NCBI GenBank assembly: GCA_963766715.1
Contig: CAVYBH010000012.1
Span: 704,001-768,000, forward strand
Origin: an uncultured delta proteobacterium
GTDB taxonomy: Bacteria > Myxococcota > Myxococcia > Myxococcales > Anaeromyxobacteraceae
Direction of reading: 5' to 3'
Length of the DNA stretch: 64,000 nt
Position 1 is the first letter of the stretch, and each line of letters opens with the position of its first letter. The position numbers and the translations under genes were made by a program. This document shows, piece after piece, positions 43,806 to 53,428 of the stretch. The notes under the pieces were generated by a model that saw only the letters and a list, made by a program, of their open reading frames with translations, was not told where the DNA came from and ran no database searches.

Positions 43806-44663
43806 ATGGAGAAGCGACGGTACGCGATGCGGATCGCCTACGACGGCGGCGCGTTCCGGGGCTTCCAGCGCCAGCCCGGCCTGCCCACGGTCGAGCAGGC
43901 CCTCCTCGACGCGCTCGCGCCGCTCCGGATCGCCCCGCGCCTCGAGGTGGCGGCCCGCACCGACGCCGGGGTCCACGCGCTCTCGCAGTTCGTGAGCTTC
44001 TGGGCCCGGGCGGAGCTCGAGCCCGGCGCCCTGCGGGCCGCGGTGAACCAGGGGGCGCCGCCTGGCCTCACCTGCCTCGACGCCTGGCGCGCACCGGCTT
44101 CCTTCCACGCCCGGGCGAGCGCGATCTCCCGGACGTACTTCTACCTGGTGGGGCTCGAGCCCCTGGACGGGCTCGCCGGGCGCGCCTGGCAACTCCCCGA
44201 CGAGCGGGCCTTCGCCGGTGCGCGCGCGAGCCAGCTGGACCTCGGGGCCATGTCGGAGGCGCTCGCCGCGGCGGTCGGCGAGCACGACTTCGTGGGATTC
44301 GCGCGACCGGGAGAGCAGCGCGGGACGGTGCGGACGCTGCTGCGCGCCGGGGTCACGAAGGCGGACTGGGGGCCGCTCTACTGCCTCGGCCTCACCGGGC
44401 GCGGCTTCCTCCGGGCCCAGGTGCGAAACCTGGTGGGCACGGTGGTGGCGGTGGGGCTGGGACTCGCCCCCGCGTCGAAGGTCCAGGACCTCCTCCGCGC
44501 GCGGGAGCGATATCGCGGGGTGCGGGCTCCGGCGTGGGGGCTTACCCTCTCGAGGGTGGCCTACCCGCCGGAGGCCCTCCCTCTTCAGGGTGAGGCGGAG
44601 TCGCCGCTGGGAGACGTGTCACCGTACTTGGCGAGCAGGTCCGAGACGGCCTCGCGGAGGTAG
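43806..44663 (+). CDS. truA: tRNA pseudouridine(38-40) synthase
   Basis: IAYDG, GFQRQ, ARTDAGVHA, FHAR, GEHDF, FLRAQVR, APAWGL. Confidence 0.93.
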   Translation: MEKRRYAMRIAYDGGAFRGFQRQPGLPTVEQALLDALAPLRIAPRLEVAARTDAGVHALSQFVSFWARAELEPGALRAAVNQGAPPGLTCLDAWRAPASFHARASAISRTYFYLVGLEPLDGLAGRAWQLPDERAFAGARASQLDLGAMSEALAAAVGEHDFVGFARPGEQRGTVRTLLRAGVTKADWGPLYCLGLTGRGFLRAQVRNLVGTVVAVGLGLAPASKVQDLLRARERYRGVRAPAWGLTLSRVAYPPEALPLQGEAESPLGDVSPYLASRSETASRR

Positions 44664-44818
44664 TCGGACTGGCGAATCCGCGTGGCGCGGGCGAGTCGCC
44701 TCAGCCGGGCCGCGAGCTCGGGCGGGAGCCGGATCAGCATGGGCTCGAGCCGCGTCGCCGATGACGCCCCCATCAGGGGGATATGGGTGATCGAACGGGT
44801 GATCTCGATGGGTCTCAT
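44585..44818 (-). CDS. Ribbon-helix-helix protein, CdbA/CdbB-like (start may be 44773)
   Basis: MLIRLP (beta)-LRRLARATRIRQSDYLREAVSDLLAKY. Confidence 0.8.
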   Translation of the reverse strand: MRPIEITRSITHIPLMGASSATRLEPMLIRLPPELAARLRRLARATRIRQSDYLREAVSDLLAKYGDTSPSGDSASP

Positions 44819-44854
44819 GTAGGTTCACGCCTCCATCTGCGTACGTTTGCCTAC

Positions 44855-44901
44855 ACGCTACCACCCGATAGCCCAAAGTCAAAAAATCCACTATTGACTT
44901 T
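44855..44901 (-). promoter_or_regulatory. Promoter with an inverted repeat overlapping -35
   Basis: TTGACT-N16-TAGCGT; AAAGTCAA-N11-TTGACTTT palindrome (44875-44901). Confidence 0.55.
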
Positions 44902-45748
44902 TTTCGGGGACTATTCCGGCCACCTCGTTCATCCGTCCGGAGCGGAACGGCTCCAGGTCGAGCGCGGCGAGCGCGAACCCCGCGCCCCGGACGGCCGCCG
45001 CGATCTCCTTCCGGCGCGCGAACGCCACCTCCAGCTCCTCGGCCGCCACCTCGACCCGCCCCACCTCGCCGTGGTCGCGGACCCGGAACTGGCGCAGCCC
45101 GGCCGCCCGGACGCCCGCCTCGGCCTTCTCGATCCGGGCCAGCCGCTGCGGCGTCACCGGCGTTCCGTAGGGAATGCGGGACGCCAGGCAGGCCATCTGC
45201 GGCTTGTCCCAGGTGGGCAGGCCATAGGCCTCGCTCCAGGCCCGGACCTCGTCCTTCGTCAGGCCGGCCTCGGCCAGCGGCGAGCGCACCTGCCGCTCCC
45301 CGGCGGCGCGGTGTCCGGGACGGTGGTCGCGCCGGTCGTCGGCGTTGAAGCCGTCGAGCACCGCGGGGAGCCCGAGCTCGCGGGCGGACGCCTCGCAGAG
45401 CCGGTAGAGCTCGCTCTTGCAGAAGTAGCAGCGCTCCGGCGAGTTCTCGAGGTAGCGGGGGTCCTCCCCTTCCCGGCTCTCCACCTCGAGGTGGCGGGCG
45501 CCGAGCCGGGCCGCCAGGGCCCGCGCCTCGGCCCGCTCGGCCTGGGGGACGCTGGGAGAATGCGCGGTGAGGGCGACGGCGCGGTCGCCGAGGACCTCCC
45601 GCGCCACGGCCAGGACCAGCGTCGAGTCGACGCCGGCGGAGAAGGCGACGAGCGCCCCCTCCGTGCCGCGCACGATCTCCTTCACCTGCTCGAGCCAATC
45701 GCGGGACCGCTCGCGGATCCGCGCCCGGTCCTCCTGCGTGAACGCCAT
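44891..45748 (-). CDS. larE: LarE-family ATP-dependent sulfur insertase (TIGR00268)
   Basis: PP-loop FSAGVDS, CYFCK, DGFNADD..HRPG, WDKPQMACLASRIPYG. Confidence 0.92.
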   Translation of the reverse strand: MAFTQEDRARIRERSRDWLEQVKEIVRGTEGALVAFSAGVDSTLVLAVAREVLGDRAVALTAHSPSVPQAERAEARALAARLGARHLEVESREGEDPRYLENSPERCYFCKSELYRLCEASARELGLPAVLDGFNADDRRDHRPGHRAAGERQVRSPLAEAGLTKDEVRAWSEAYGLPTWDKPQMACLASRIPYGTPVTPQRLARIEKAEAGVRAAGLRQFRVRDHGEVGRVEVAAEELEVAFARRKEIAAAVRGAGFALAALDLEPFRSGRMNEVAGIVPEKSQ

Positions 45749-45757
45749 GCTGCGATT

Positions 45758-46519
45758 CTACCCGCGGCGACCCTTCGCCGCCGCCTTCGCCTTCGCGGGC
45801 GGCTTCGGGGATGGCTTGGCGGGCGCCTTCTTCGCGGGAGCCTTGGCGGGCGCCTTGGCAGGAGCCTTCGCGGGGGCCTTGGCCTCCGGCTTCTTCGCGC
45901 CCTTGGCGGGAGCGGCCACCGCGCCCTTCGCGCCGCCCCGCTTCGGGCGGAGGCCGCCGGTGAGCAGCGCGAACTCGGCCGGGGTGACGTACTTCATGTC
46001 GACGAGCTTCTGGAAGAGCCGGCCCAGCGCCGCGTCGGGCTTCTCCTGGTCGGTGCGGACGACCAGCTCGGCGTGGGTGGGCGGCTCGTACGGATCGTCG
46101 ATGCCGGCGACGTTGGTGAGCTCGTGGGCCAGCGCCTTGCGGTACATGCCCTCGGTGTCGCGGGCCAGCAAGGTCTCCATGGGCGCGTCGACGAACAGCT
46201 CGACGAAGCGGCGGACGTCGCGCCGGATGGCGTCCCGCGCGTCGCGGAACGGGGACAGGGAGGCCACCACCACCACCGCGCCGTGGCGCACCAGCATCCG
46301 GGCGACCGCCCCGATGCGGCGCACGGCCGTGTCCCGATCCTCCTTGGACACGCCCAGGCCCCGGGTGAGGATCTCGTTCGCGGAGTCGCCGTCGATCACC
46401 TCGGCGGGACGACCGGCGGCGGCGAACCGCTTTCCGAGGTGGTTGGCGAGGGTGGTCTTTCCCGCACCCGTCATCCCGGTGAGCCAGATGACGAACCCCG
46501 CCCCTTGCGACTGATCCAT
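45758..46519 (-). CDS. cysC: Adenylylsulfate kinase with a Lys/Ala/Pro-rich tail
   Basis: IWLTGMTGAGKTT, IDGD, LSPFR, GIDDPYEPP. Confidence 0.9.
   Translation of the reverse strand: MDQSQGAGFVIWLTGMTGAGKTTLANHLGKRFAAAGRPAEVIDGDSANEILTRGLGVSKEDRDTAVRRIGAVARMLVRHGAVVVVASLSPFRDARDAIRRDVRRFVELFVDAPMETLLARDTEGMYRKALAHELTNVAGIDDPYEPPTHAELVVRTDQEKPDAALGRLFQKLVDMKYVTPAEFALLTGGLRPKRGGAKGAVAAPAKGAKKPEAKAPAKAPAKAPAKAPAKKAPAKPSPKPPAKAKAAAKGRRG
45770..45915 (-). repeat. Low-complexity 12-nt repeats coding (A)PAK units
   Basis: KAPAKAPAKAPAKAPAKKAPAK. Confidence 0.8.
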
Positions 46520-46637
46520 GCGCCCTCCCTGGTTTCACCCAACGGCGAACGCGCAATATACCGGAAGTCGCTGGAGAAAGCGCCGACTCGGGCGGGGCGC
46601 GATTTCGCTTTCCGTGCGCGCGCCTCGACGCGACGCG

Positions 46638-47092
46638 CTATCCGGTGCGGAGCCAGGCCACTGCGCGGAACGCCCCGTCCTGCCATTGAAATACCTGGAT
46701 TTCCGTGACTTTTCCGGATCGGGTCCCGATCACGATCTGGTCCACGCCGCCCAGGACCGGCGCGCCGTCCAGAGCGCCTCCGCGACGTCCACCTCGGACA
46801 GGCGCGCCGCGGCGTCCACGTGGGAGTGATAGACGGCGGCGATCCGACCGCCGTCGCGCCGCAGGCGGCGGGAGAGCGCGAGGTGCGCCGCCGGGTCGGC
46901 CAGGTAGGCGCGGCGGGCGTCCCCCGGGGCCCCGGGAGCCCATTCCCGCTCGCCGGCGACGTTGCGGGCGGGCACCACCTCCACCTCCCCATCCGGGGCG
47001 ACCGTGACGAAGCCGCACACCTCCCGGGCCGGATTGGCCTCCGCGAGGGCGACGAGCCGGGCGGCGACGGGCGCGTAATCGACGGCGGCCAC
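46638..47092 (-). CDS. JAB/MPN+ (Mec+-like) metalloprotease; one indel at ~46770
   Basis: EVCG...YHSHVDAAARLSEVD, an intact E-HxH-x7-S-x2-D motif. Confidence 0.88.
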
Positions 47093-47105
47093 GCCGGGGC
47101 GCCGA

Positions 47106-47807
47106 TCAGGGGAAGGCCGGCGCGGAGGCCGGGGCGTTGCAGGCGCAGCCGGCCTGGCGCGCCGTGGCCCGGGTCAGCGGCGTGCCGCGAAAGATCTCGA
47201 TCCGCCGGTTGCGGGGCTCCTGCGCGGTGCCCGAGAGGAGCAGGACGAGCTCCAGGGCGGCGAGTGCACCGACCGTGGCAGCGCCCTCCGGGGTCGGCGG
47301 GGCGCCGAGCCCCGGGCGCGTCGCACAGGCGTAGCAGGGCGCGCCGGTAGGGACCGTCGTCGCGGCACCGCCTTGCCCGTCGACGTCCGCCACCACATGG
47401 GGGAGTTGCAGGAGCCTCGCCTCCTCGGCGATGGCCCTCGACACCTCCGCGGTGGCACCGCAGACGAGGAGCGCCGTGGGGCGTGACCCGGGGCGGAACA
47501 CCTCGACCTTCACGAGCGAGCTCGCCGCCGCTGCGAACTCGGCAGAGGCCGCTCCCCGGGGGCGGCCGACCTCGGCTGGCCCGAGCGCCCACCCCGCGCC
47601 GTCGCCCGCCGCGACCGCGTCGGGGTCGTCGAGCCAGACCGTACCCACGCCGGCGGCCGCGAGGTAGTAGAGGGCCGGAACGGTGGCGAGCCCGCCGCCG
47701 ACCACGCGCACGCGTGCGCCTCGAAGTCGCTCCTGCGCCTCCTCTCCCATGCCGGGGAGGATCAGCTGCCGGGCGTACCGAGCCACCTCGGCTTCGTTCA
47801 GGGCCAT
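47106..47807 (-). CDS. ThiF/MoeB-family E1-like protein, catalytically degenerate, retains RYARQ
   Basis: [34 protein letters not shown]; SNLxRQ, DxxDN and the catalytic Cys are missing. Confidence 0.85.
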   Translation of the reverse strand: MALNEAEVARYARQLILPGMGEEAQERLRGARVRVVGGGLATVPALYYLAAAGVGTVWLDDPDAVAAGDGAGWALGPAEVGRPRGAASAEFAAAASSLVKVEVFRPGSRPTALLVCGATAEVSRAIAEEARLLQLPHVVADVDGQGGAATTVPTGAPCYACATRPGLGAPPTPEGAATVGALAALELVLLLSGTAQEPRNRRIEIFRGTPLTRATARQAGCACNAPASAPAFP

Positions 47808-48073
47808 GTCCGCTCCTCCGCCAAGGGGCCCCGCTCCAGCCAGGCCCTCCACGTTCCCTCGCCCTCCTCCGGCGCAGCCTCGAGGCGGAGCACCCGGTGC
47901 CCATCCTCCGCCGCGCTCCGGGGCACGTTCTCGCGAGGCTCCCCCTCCCTCAGCAGCACCTCGAGGACCTCTCCCTCGTGGAGCCGCCCCAGGGCGATCC
48001 GGGCCTTCACCCAGGTCAGCGGGCAGGCGTGGGGACGGATGTCGATCCGCGCGGCCGGCACGCGGTCGGTCAT
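47798..48073 (-). CDS. TusA/SirA-family sulfur carrier
   Basis: [19 protein letters not shown]...GEVLEV...ENVPRS. Confidence 0.88.
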   Translation of the reverse strand: MTDRVPAARIDIRPHACPLTWVKARIALGRLHEGEVLEVLLREGEPRENVPRSAAEDGHRVLRLEAAPEEGEGTWRAWLERGPLAEERTWP

Positions 48074-48778
48074 CCCGGCTCCTGCGTCGCGCCGGCGAGC
48101 GCGCTGCAGACCGGGCAGCCGGGCCGGACGCGCAGCGGGACGAGCCGCGTGCGCCCCGAACGACCGTCGAAGGTCACGAGCCGCCCGGCGTAGGCGCCCC
48201 GCTCGCCCGCGAGCAGGCGGAGGGCCTCGGCGCCCATCAGGCCGCCCGCGAAGCCCGCCAGCGCCCCCAGCACGCCGGCCTGTGCGCAGGTGGGAACCGT
48301 CCCCTCGGCGGGCGGCGCCTCGAAGAGGCAGCGCAGGCACCCGGTCTTGCCGGGCATGACGGTCAGGAACTGGGCCGAGTAGCGCAGCACGCCGCCGTGC
48401 ACGAGCGGCCGCCGCGCCGTGAGCGCGGTGTCGTTGGCGAGGAAGCGCGTGGAGAAGTTGTCCGACGCGTCCACGACCACGTCCACGCCCTGCACGAGGG
48501 CCGAGGCGTTGTCCGGGCCGAAGCGCGCGTCGTGCGCCTCGACCTTCACCGCGGGGTGGAGCCGCGCCAGCCGGGCTCGCCGCGGCCGCGGCCTTGCGCC
48601 GCCCCAGGTCGGCCTCGCCGAAGAGCGGCTGCCGGTTCAGGTTGGAGGTCTCCACGGCGTCCTCGTCGACGAGCACGAGACGTCCCACCCCGGCCGCCGC
48701 GAGCGCCAGCGCCGCCGGCCCCCCCAGGCCGCCCACGCCGATCAGGAGCGCGCTCTTTTCCGACGGCGATACGCCCAT
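48070..48778 (-). CDS. ThiF/MoeB-family adenylyltransferase (E1-like), N-terminally short; one indel at ~48577
   Basis: [55 protein letters not shown]. Confidence 0.9.
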
Positions 48779-48810
48779 GCCACCTCCGTGATCCGACCGA
48801 TCCTTCTATC

Positions 48811-49182
48811 TCAGAACCCGACGACGTGCCCCTCGGAGGCGCCCCGCCACTGCTCGGGGAGGCTGCGAACCGCGTCGAGCCGGGGACGCGCCGACTCGGG
48901 GTCGAGGCCGACGAGGCGGAGCTCCGTGTCGCAGGCCACGACCTCGATGCCCAGGTCCCGCCTCCCCTCCTCGAGGAGCAACGTGAGCGAGCCGACACGG
49001 GCCGCGTCTGCGCCGGCGGGCATCCCGTCGTCGAAGCGCCCCTCGATCCAGGCGCGCAGCGGCTCCCCGGAGAGCGCGACCACGACGGGGTGACCGAAGG
49101 CGCCCGCGGTGAGGGCCAGCGAGACGGCCCGGCGCCTTGCGTTCCAGCCAGCGCCGTCGAGCAGGATCAGGCACGGCTTCAT
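48811..49182 (-). CDS. DsrE/DsrF-like sulfur-transfer family protein
   Basis: SLALTAGAFGHPVVVAL, LLEEGR.LGIEVVAC; operon context. Confidence 0.65.
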   Translation of the reverse strand: MKPCLILLDGAGWNARRRAVSLALTAGAFGHPVVVALSGEPLRAWIEGRFDDGMPAGADAARVGSLTLLLEEGRRDLGIEVVACDTELRLVGLDPESARPRLDAVRSLPEQWRGASEGHVVGF

Positions 49183-49230
49183 CGCGTCATCCTCCCGCTG
49201 GCCGGTGCCACGTCCGTCGTCCGGACCTGC

Positions 49231-49259
49231 TTGCGCCCCGGGCGACCGTCTGCTAGAAA
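49231..49259 (+). promoter_or_regulatory. Sigma70 promoter of tRNA-Leu
   Basis: TTGCGC-N17-TAGAAA with a TG extension. Confidence 0.5.
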
Positions 49260-49274
49260 CCGACCCGCTTTCTC

Positions 49275-49359
49275 GCCCAGGTGGTGGAACTGGTAGACAC
49301 ACCATCTTGAGGGGGTGGCGCCGTAAGGCGTGCGAGTTCGAATCTCGCCCTGGGCACCA
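49275..49359 (+). tRNA. tRNA-Leu(GAG)
   Basis: CCATC-TTGAGGG-GGTGG; variable arm; CCA end. Confidence 0.96.
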
Positions 49360-49369
49360 GAATCGTAGA

Positions 49370-49408
49370 AAACAAGAAAGGGACCCGGCGACGGGTCCCT
49401 TCTCTTTT
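49370..49408. terminator. Bidirectional terminator (tRNA-Leu / secG)
   Basis: AAGGGACCCG-GCGA-CGGGTCCCTT flanked by A- and T-rich runs. Confidence 0.8.
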
Positions 49409-49429
49409 CCGGGCGGCGGAGCGCCGCCG

Positions 49430-49834
49430 CTACCACTTCGGGGGGGCCTGGACCGGCTGCCCGGGCGCAGGCTGCGCCGGCGACGTCTGGGCGGGCCCGG
49501 GGGCTCCGGGAGGCGGGAGCGTCTCGAGGACGCGCGAGCCGGGCTGGGGCGCGCCCATCGGAGCCGGAGCGCTGATCGGCGACGGCGCCTCCTTCACCAC
49601 CGAACCGGAACGGGTCGACAGGTAGGAGAGCGACAGCGACGTGAGCATGAAGACCGCGGCCGCGGCCGAGGTCACCTTGCCGAGGAACGTCTGCGCTCCC
49701 CGTCCGCCGAACACGGCCGACGAGCTGCCTCCGAAGGCGCCGCCCAGGCCGCCTCCCTTGCCTGCCTGAAGCAGGATGACGAGGACGAGGACCGCGGAGA
49801 CGACGACGTGGACGATGATGAGGAACGTGTTCAA
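49430..49834 (-). CDS. secG: Preprotein translocase SecG
   Basis: [17 protein letters not shown]...FLGKVT; TTG overlapping the tpiA stop. Confidence 0.93.
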   Translation of the reverse strand: MNTFLIIVHVVVSAVLVLVILLQAGKGGGLGGAFGGSSSAVFGGRGAQTFLGKVTSAAAAVFMLTSLSLSYLSTRSGSVVKEAPSPISAPAPMGAPQPGSRVLETLPPPGAPGPAQTSPAQPAPGQPVQAPPKW

Positions 49835-50592
49835 CGGTTGGCTCCCTGGATGATTCCGGTGAAGTCTAATGCCTTGAGGCTCGCGCCGCCCACGAGCGCC
49901 CCGTCCACGTCCGGCTGGGACAGGAGCTCCGCGGCGTTGTCGGGCTTGACCGAGCCCCCGTAGAGGATGCGGATGGCGTCGGCGGCCCCCGGCGCGAGCT
50001 CGCGGAGGATGGCGCGGATCGCCGCGTGGACCTCCTGGGCCTGCGCCGAGCTGGCCGTCTTCCCGGTGCCGATGGCCCAGACCGGCTCGTAGGCCACCGT
50101 GAGCCGCCCGATCTCGGCGGCGTCGAGGCCGGCCAGCGCACCGCGAACCTGGCGGCCCACCACCTCGAGGGTCCGACCGGACTCCCGCTCGGGCAGCGTC
50201 TCGCCCACGCAGACGACGGGGTGGAGCCCCGCGCCGAGGGCGGCCTTCGTCTTCTTGCGGACCGTCTCGTCGGTGTCGCCGAAGAACTGGCGCCGCTCGC
50301 TGTGCCCGACCAGCACGTACCGGCACCCGGCGTCGACGAGCATGGACGCCGACACCTCCCCGGTGAAGGCGCCCTGGGCCTCCCAGAAGACGTCCTGCGC
50401 GCCCAGGCCGATGCGCGAGCCCTGGAGCTCCGCCCCGGCGGCCCAGAGCGCCGTGAAGGGCGGCACGATGGCCACGTCGACCCGGTCGGCCAGGGACTCG
50501 GCCGCGGCGCGCACCTCGCGCGCCAGCGCAGCCGCCTCGGCGGCCGTCCGGTGCATCTTCCAGTTGCCGCAGACGAACTTCTTCCTGGCCAC
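49831..50592 (-). CDS. tpiA: Triosephosphate isomerase
   Basis: [33 protein letters not shown]. Confidence 0.98.
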   Translation of the reverse strand: MARKKFVCGNWKMHRTAAEAAALAREVRAAAESLADRVDVAIVPPFTALWAAGAELQGSRIGLGAQDVFWEAQGAFTGEVSASMLVDAGCRYVLVGHSERRQFFGDTDETVRKKTKAALGAGLHPVVCVGETLPERESGRTLEVVGRQVRGALAGLDAAEIGRLTVAYEPVWAIGTGKTASSAQAQEVHAAIRAILRELAPGAADAIRILYGGSVKPDNAAELLSQPDVDGALVGGASLKALDFTGIIQGANR

Positions 50593-50594
50593 GT

Positions 50595-51791
50595 TCACTC
50601 CTCGAGAACCTTGACGCCGGGGAGCTCGCGCCCCTCGATGAACTCCAGGCTGGCGCCTCCGCCGGTGGAGACGTGCTTCATCCGGTCCACCAGGCCGGCC
50701 TCCTCCACCGCCGCGGCGCTGTCTCCGCCGCCCACCACCGTGATCCCCGGTGACTCGGCCATGGCCTTGGCCACGCCGAAGGTGCCCTCGGCCCACGGCT
50801 TCTGCTCGAACAGCCCCATGGGGCCGTTCCAGAAGACCGTCTTGGCCGCGAGCACGCGCTGCCGGTAGCGGTCGAGCGTCTTGGGGCCGATGTCGAGCCC
50901 CATCAGGCCGTCGGGGATGGCGGCAGCGTTCACCACCACCCGCTCGGCGGTCTCCTTGGGCTCGGTCGCGCAGACGTGGTCGACCGGCAGCTCGAAGTCG
51001 ATGCCCTTGGCCTTCGCCTTGTCGAGGATTTGGCGCGCCAGCTCGAGCTTGTCCTGCTCGACGCGGCTCTTGCCCACCGGGACGCCCTTGGCGGCCAGGA
51101 AGGTGTAGGCCATGGCGCCGCCGATGAGCACGGAATCGGCCTTGCCGATGAGGTTCTCGAGCACCTTGATCTTGTCGGAGACCTTGGCGCCGCCCAGGAT
51201 GGCGACGAACGGGCGCTCGGGCTTCGCGAGCACGCGCCCCAGGTACTCGACCTCCTTCTGGATGAGGAAGCCGCCGGCGCGCTCCTTCACGAACCTGGCC
51301 ATGCCCGCCGTCGACGCGTGGGCCCGGTGCGCGGTTCCGAAGGCGTCGTTCACCCAGACGTCGGCGAGCGCCGCGAGCTCCTTGCAGAAGGACTCGTCGT
51401 TGCCCTCCTCGCCCTTGTGGAACCGGAGGTTCTCGAGGAGGAGGACCTTCCCCTCGCCGAGATCGGCGACCGCCTTCTTCACGCCGTCGCCGACGCAGTC
51501 GTCGGCCAGGATGACGTCCTGGTCGAGCAGCTCGGAGAGGCGCTGGGCCGCCGGCTCCAGGCTGAACTTCTCCTTGTCGGAGGGGTCTCCCTTGGGCCGC
51601 CCGAGATGCGAGGCGAGGATCACCCGGGCCTTGGCCGCGAGCGCGTACCGGATGGTCGGCAGCGCGGCGCGGATGCGGGCGTCGTCGGTGACGCGACCCT
51701 TCTCGTCCAGCGGGACGTTGAAGTCCACGCGGATGAAGACCCGCTTCCCGGCGAGTTCGAGCTGGTCGATGGTCCGGATCTGGGCGGCCAT
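50595..51791 (-). CDS. pgk: Phosphoglycerate kinase
   Basis: [35 protein letters not shown]. Confidence 0.98.
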   Translation of the reverse strand: MAAQIRTIDQLELAGKRVFIRVDFNVPLDEKGRVTDDARIRAALPTIRYALAAKARVILASHLGRPKGDPSDKEKFSLEPAAQRLSELLDQDVILADDCVGDGVKKAVADLGEGKVLLLENLRFHKGEEGNDESFCKELAALADVWVNDAFGTAHRAHASTAGMARFVKERAGGFLIQKEVEYLGRVLAKPERPFVAILGGAKVSDKIKVLENLIGKADSVLIGGAMAYTFLAAKGVPVGKSRVEQDKLELARQILDKAKAKGIDFELPVDHVCATEPKETAERVVVNAAAIPDGLMGLDIGPKTLDRYRQRVLAAKTVFWNGPMGLFEQKPWAEGTFGVAKAMAESPGITVVGGGDSAAAVEEAGLVDRMKHVSTGGGASLEFIEGRELPGVKVLEE

Positions 51792-51811
51792 GGTCGTCCC
51801 CCGGGGCCCGG

Positions 51812-52894
<1,083 letters not shown>

Positions 52895-52921
52895 ACGAAA
52901 ACCCCCAGGAATTCCGGGGTG

Positions 52922-52958
52922 AAAAACGAGAAACGGCGCCGGGTTCTCCCCGGCGCCG
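52922..52958 (-). terminator. Rho-independent terminator
   Basis: CGGCGCCGGG...CCCGGCGCCG followed by TTTCTCGTTTTT. Confidence 0.8.
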
Positions 52959-52988
52959 CGGCGCGACTGGTGGCGCGGACGAAGCCGC

Positions 52989-53190
52989 CTAGAACGCAGC
53001 CGCCTCGCCGGACTTCTCCTCCGCCGTGCGGACCTCGCCCTGCGCGCGCAGGTCGCGCGTCACCAGGTCGATGAGCTCGGTCGAGAGGCCGAGGATTCTG
53101 GTGCGCCGTGTAGCCGCTGGCGCGGAGCTCCTTGAAGAGGGACTTGGCGAGGATCTTGGTGCCTTTGGCGTCGAGCATGGGTGCGAGCAT
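52989..53190 (-). CDS. Small hypothetical protein (~66 aa); +1 indel at ~53097
   Basis: GAGG RBS; MLAPMLDAKGTKILAKSLFKELRASGYTAHQ/ILGLSTELIDLVTRDL... Confidence 0.7.
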
Positions 53191-53239
53191 CTTTTCCTCG
53201 TAGGCTCCGGGAGCCGGACTGCGGGACGCTGGTCACATC

Positions 53240-53255
53240 AGCAACGAGCGGGCCA
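53240..53255 (-). promoter_or_regulatory. Sigma54 promoter
   Basis: TGGCCC-GCTCG-TTGCT, ~50 nt upstream of the small gene. Confidence 0.6.
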
Positions 53256-53428
53256 TCGAGGAGGCAAATGGCTTGTTGCAGTGTTTTCCAGGCTCTTGTA
53301 CCTCCTGCGCTCCCCCGTACGCCCCGTTCGGTGCGTAGCCGGGTTCGCGCCGCGACCGGTCATCGGGCGGAATGCGCGAAGGCGGCTTCGCAGCGCGGAG
53401 GGCTCGGGCTCGCTAGATTCGGTGCCCC

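Noticed and set aside
45770..45915. Short direct repeats as a CRISPR array or VNTR element
   Set aside because: In-frame coding low-complexity repeats; no spacers and no cas genes.
46638..48778. E1+JAB as a CBASS Cap2/Cap3 or Bil/Bub anti-phage system
   Set aside because: No CD-NTase, E2 or effector; TusA/DsrE/cysC/larE context and core-genome location point to sulfur relay.
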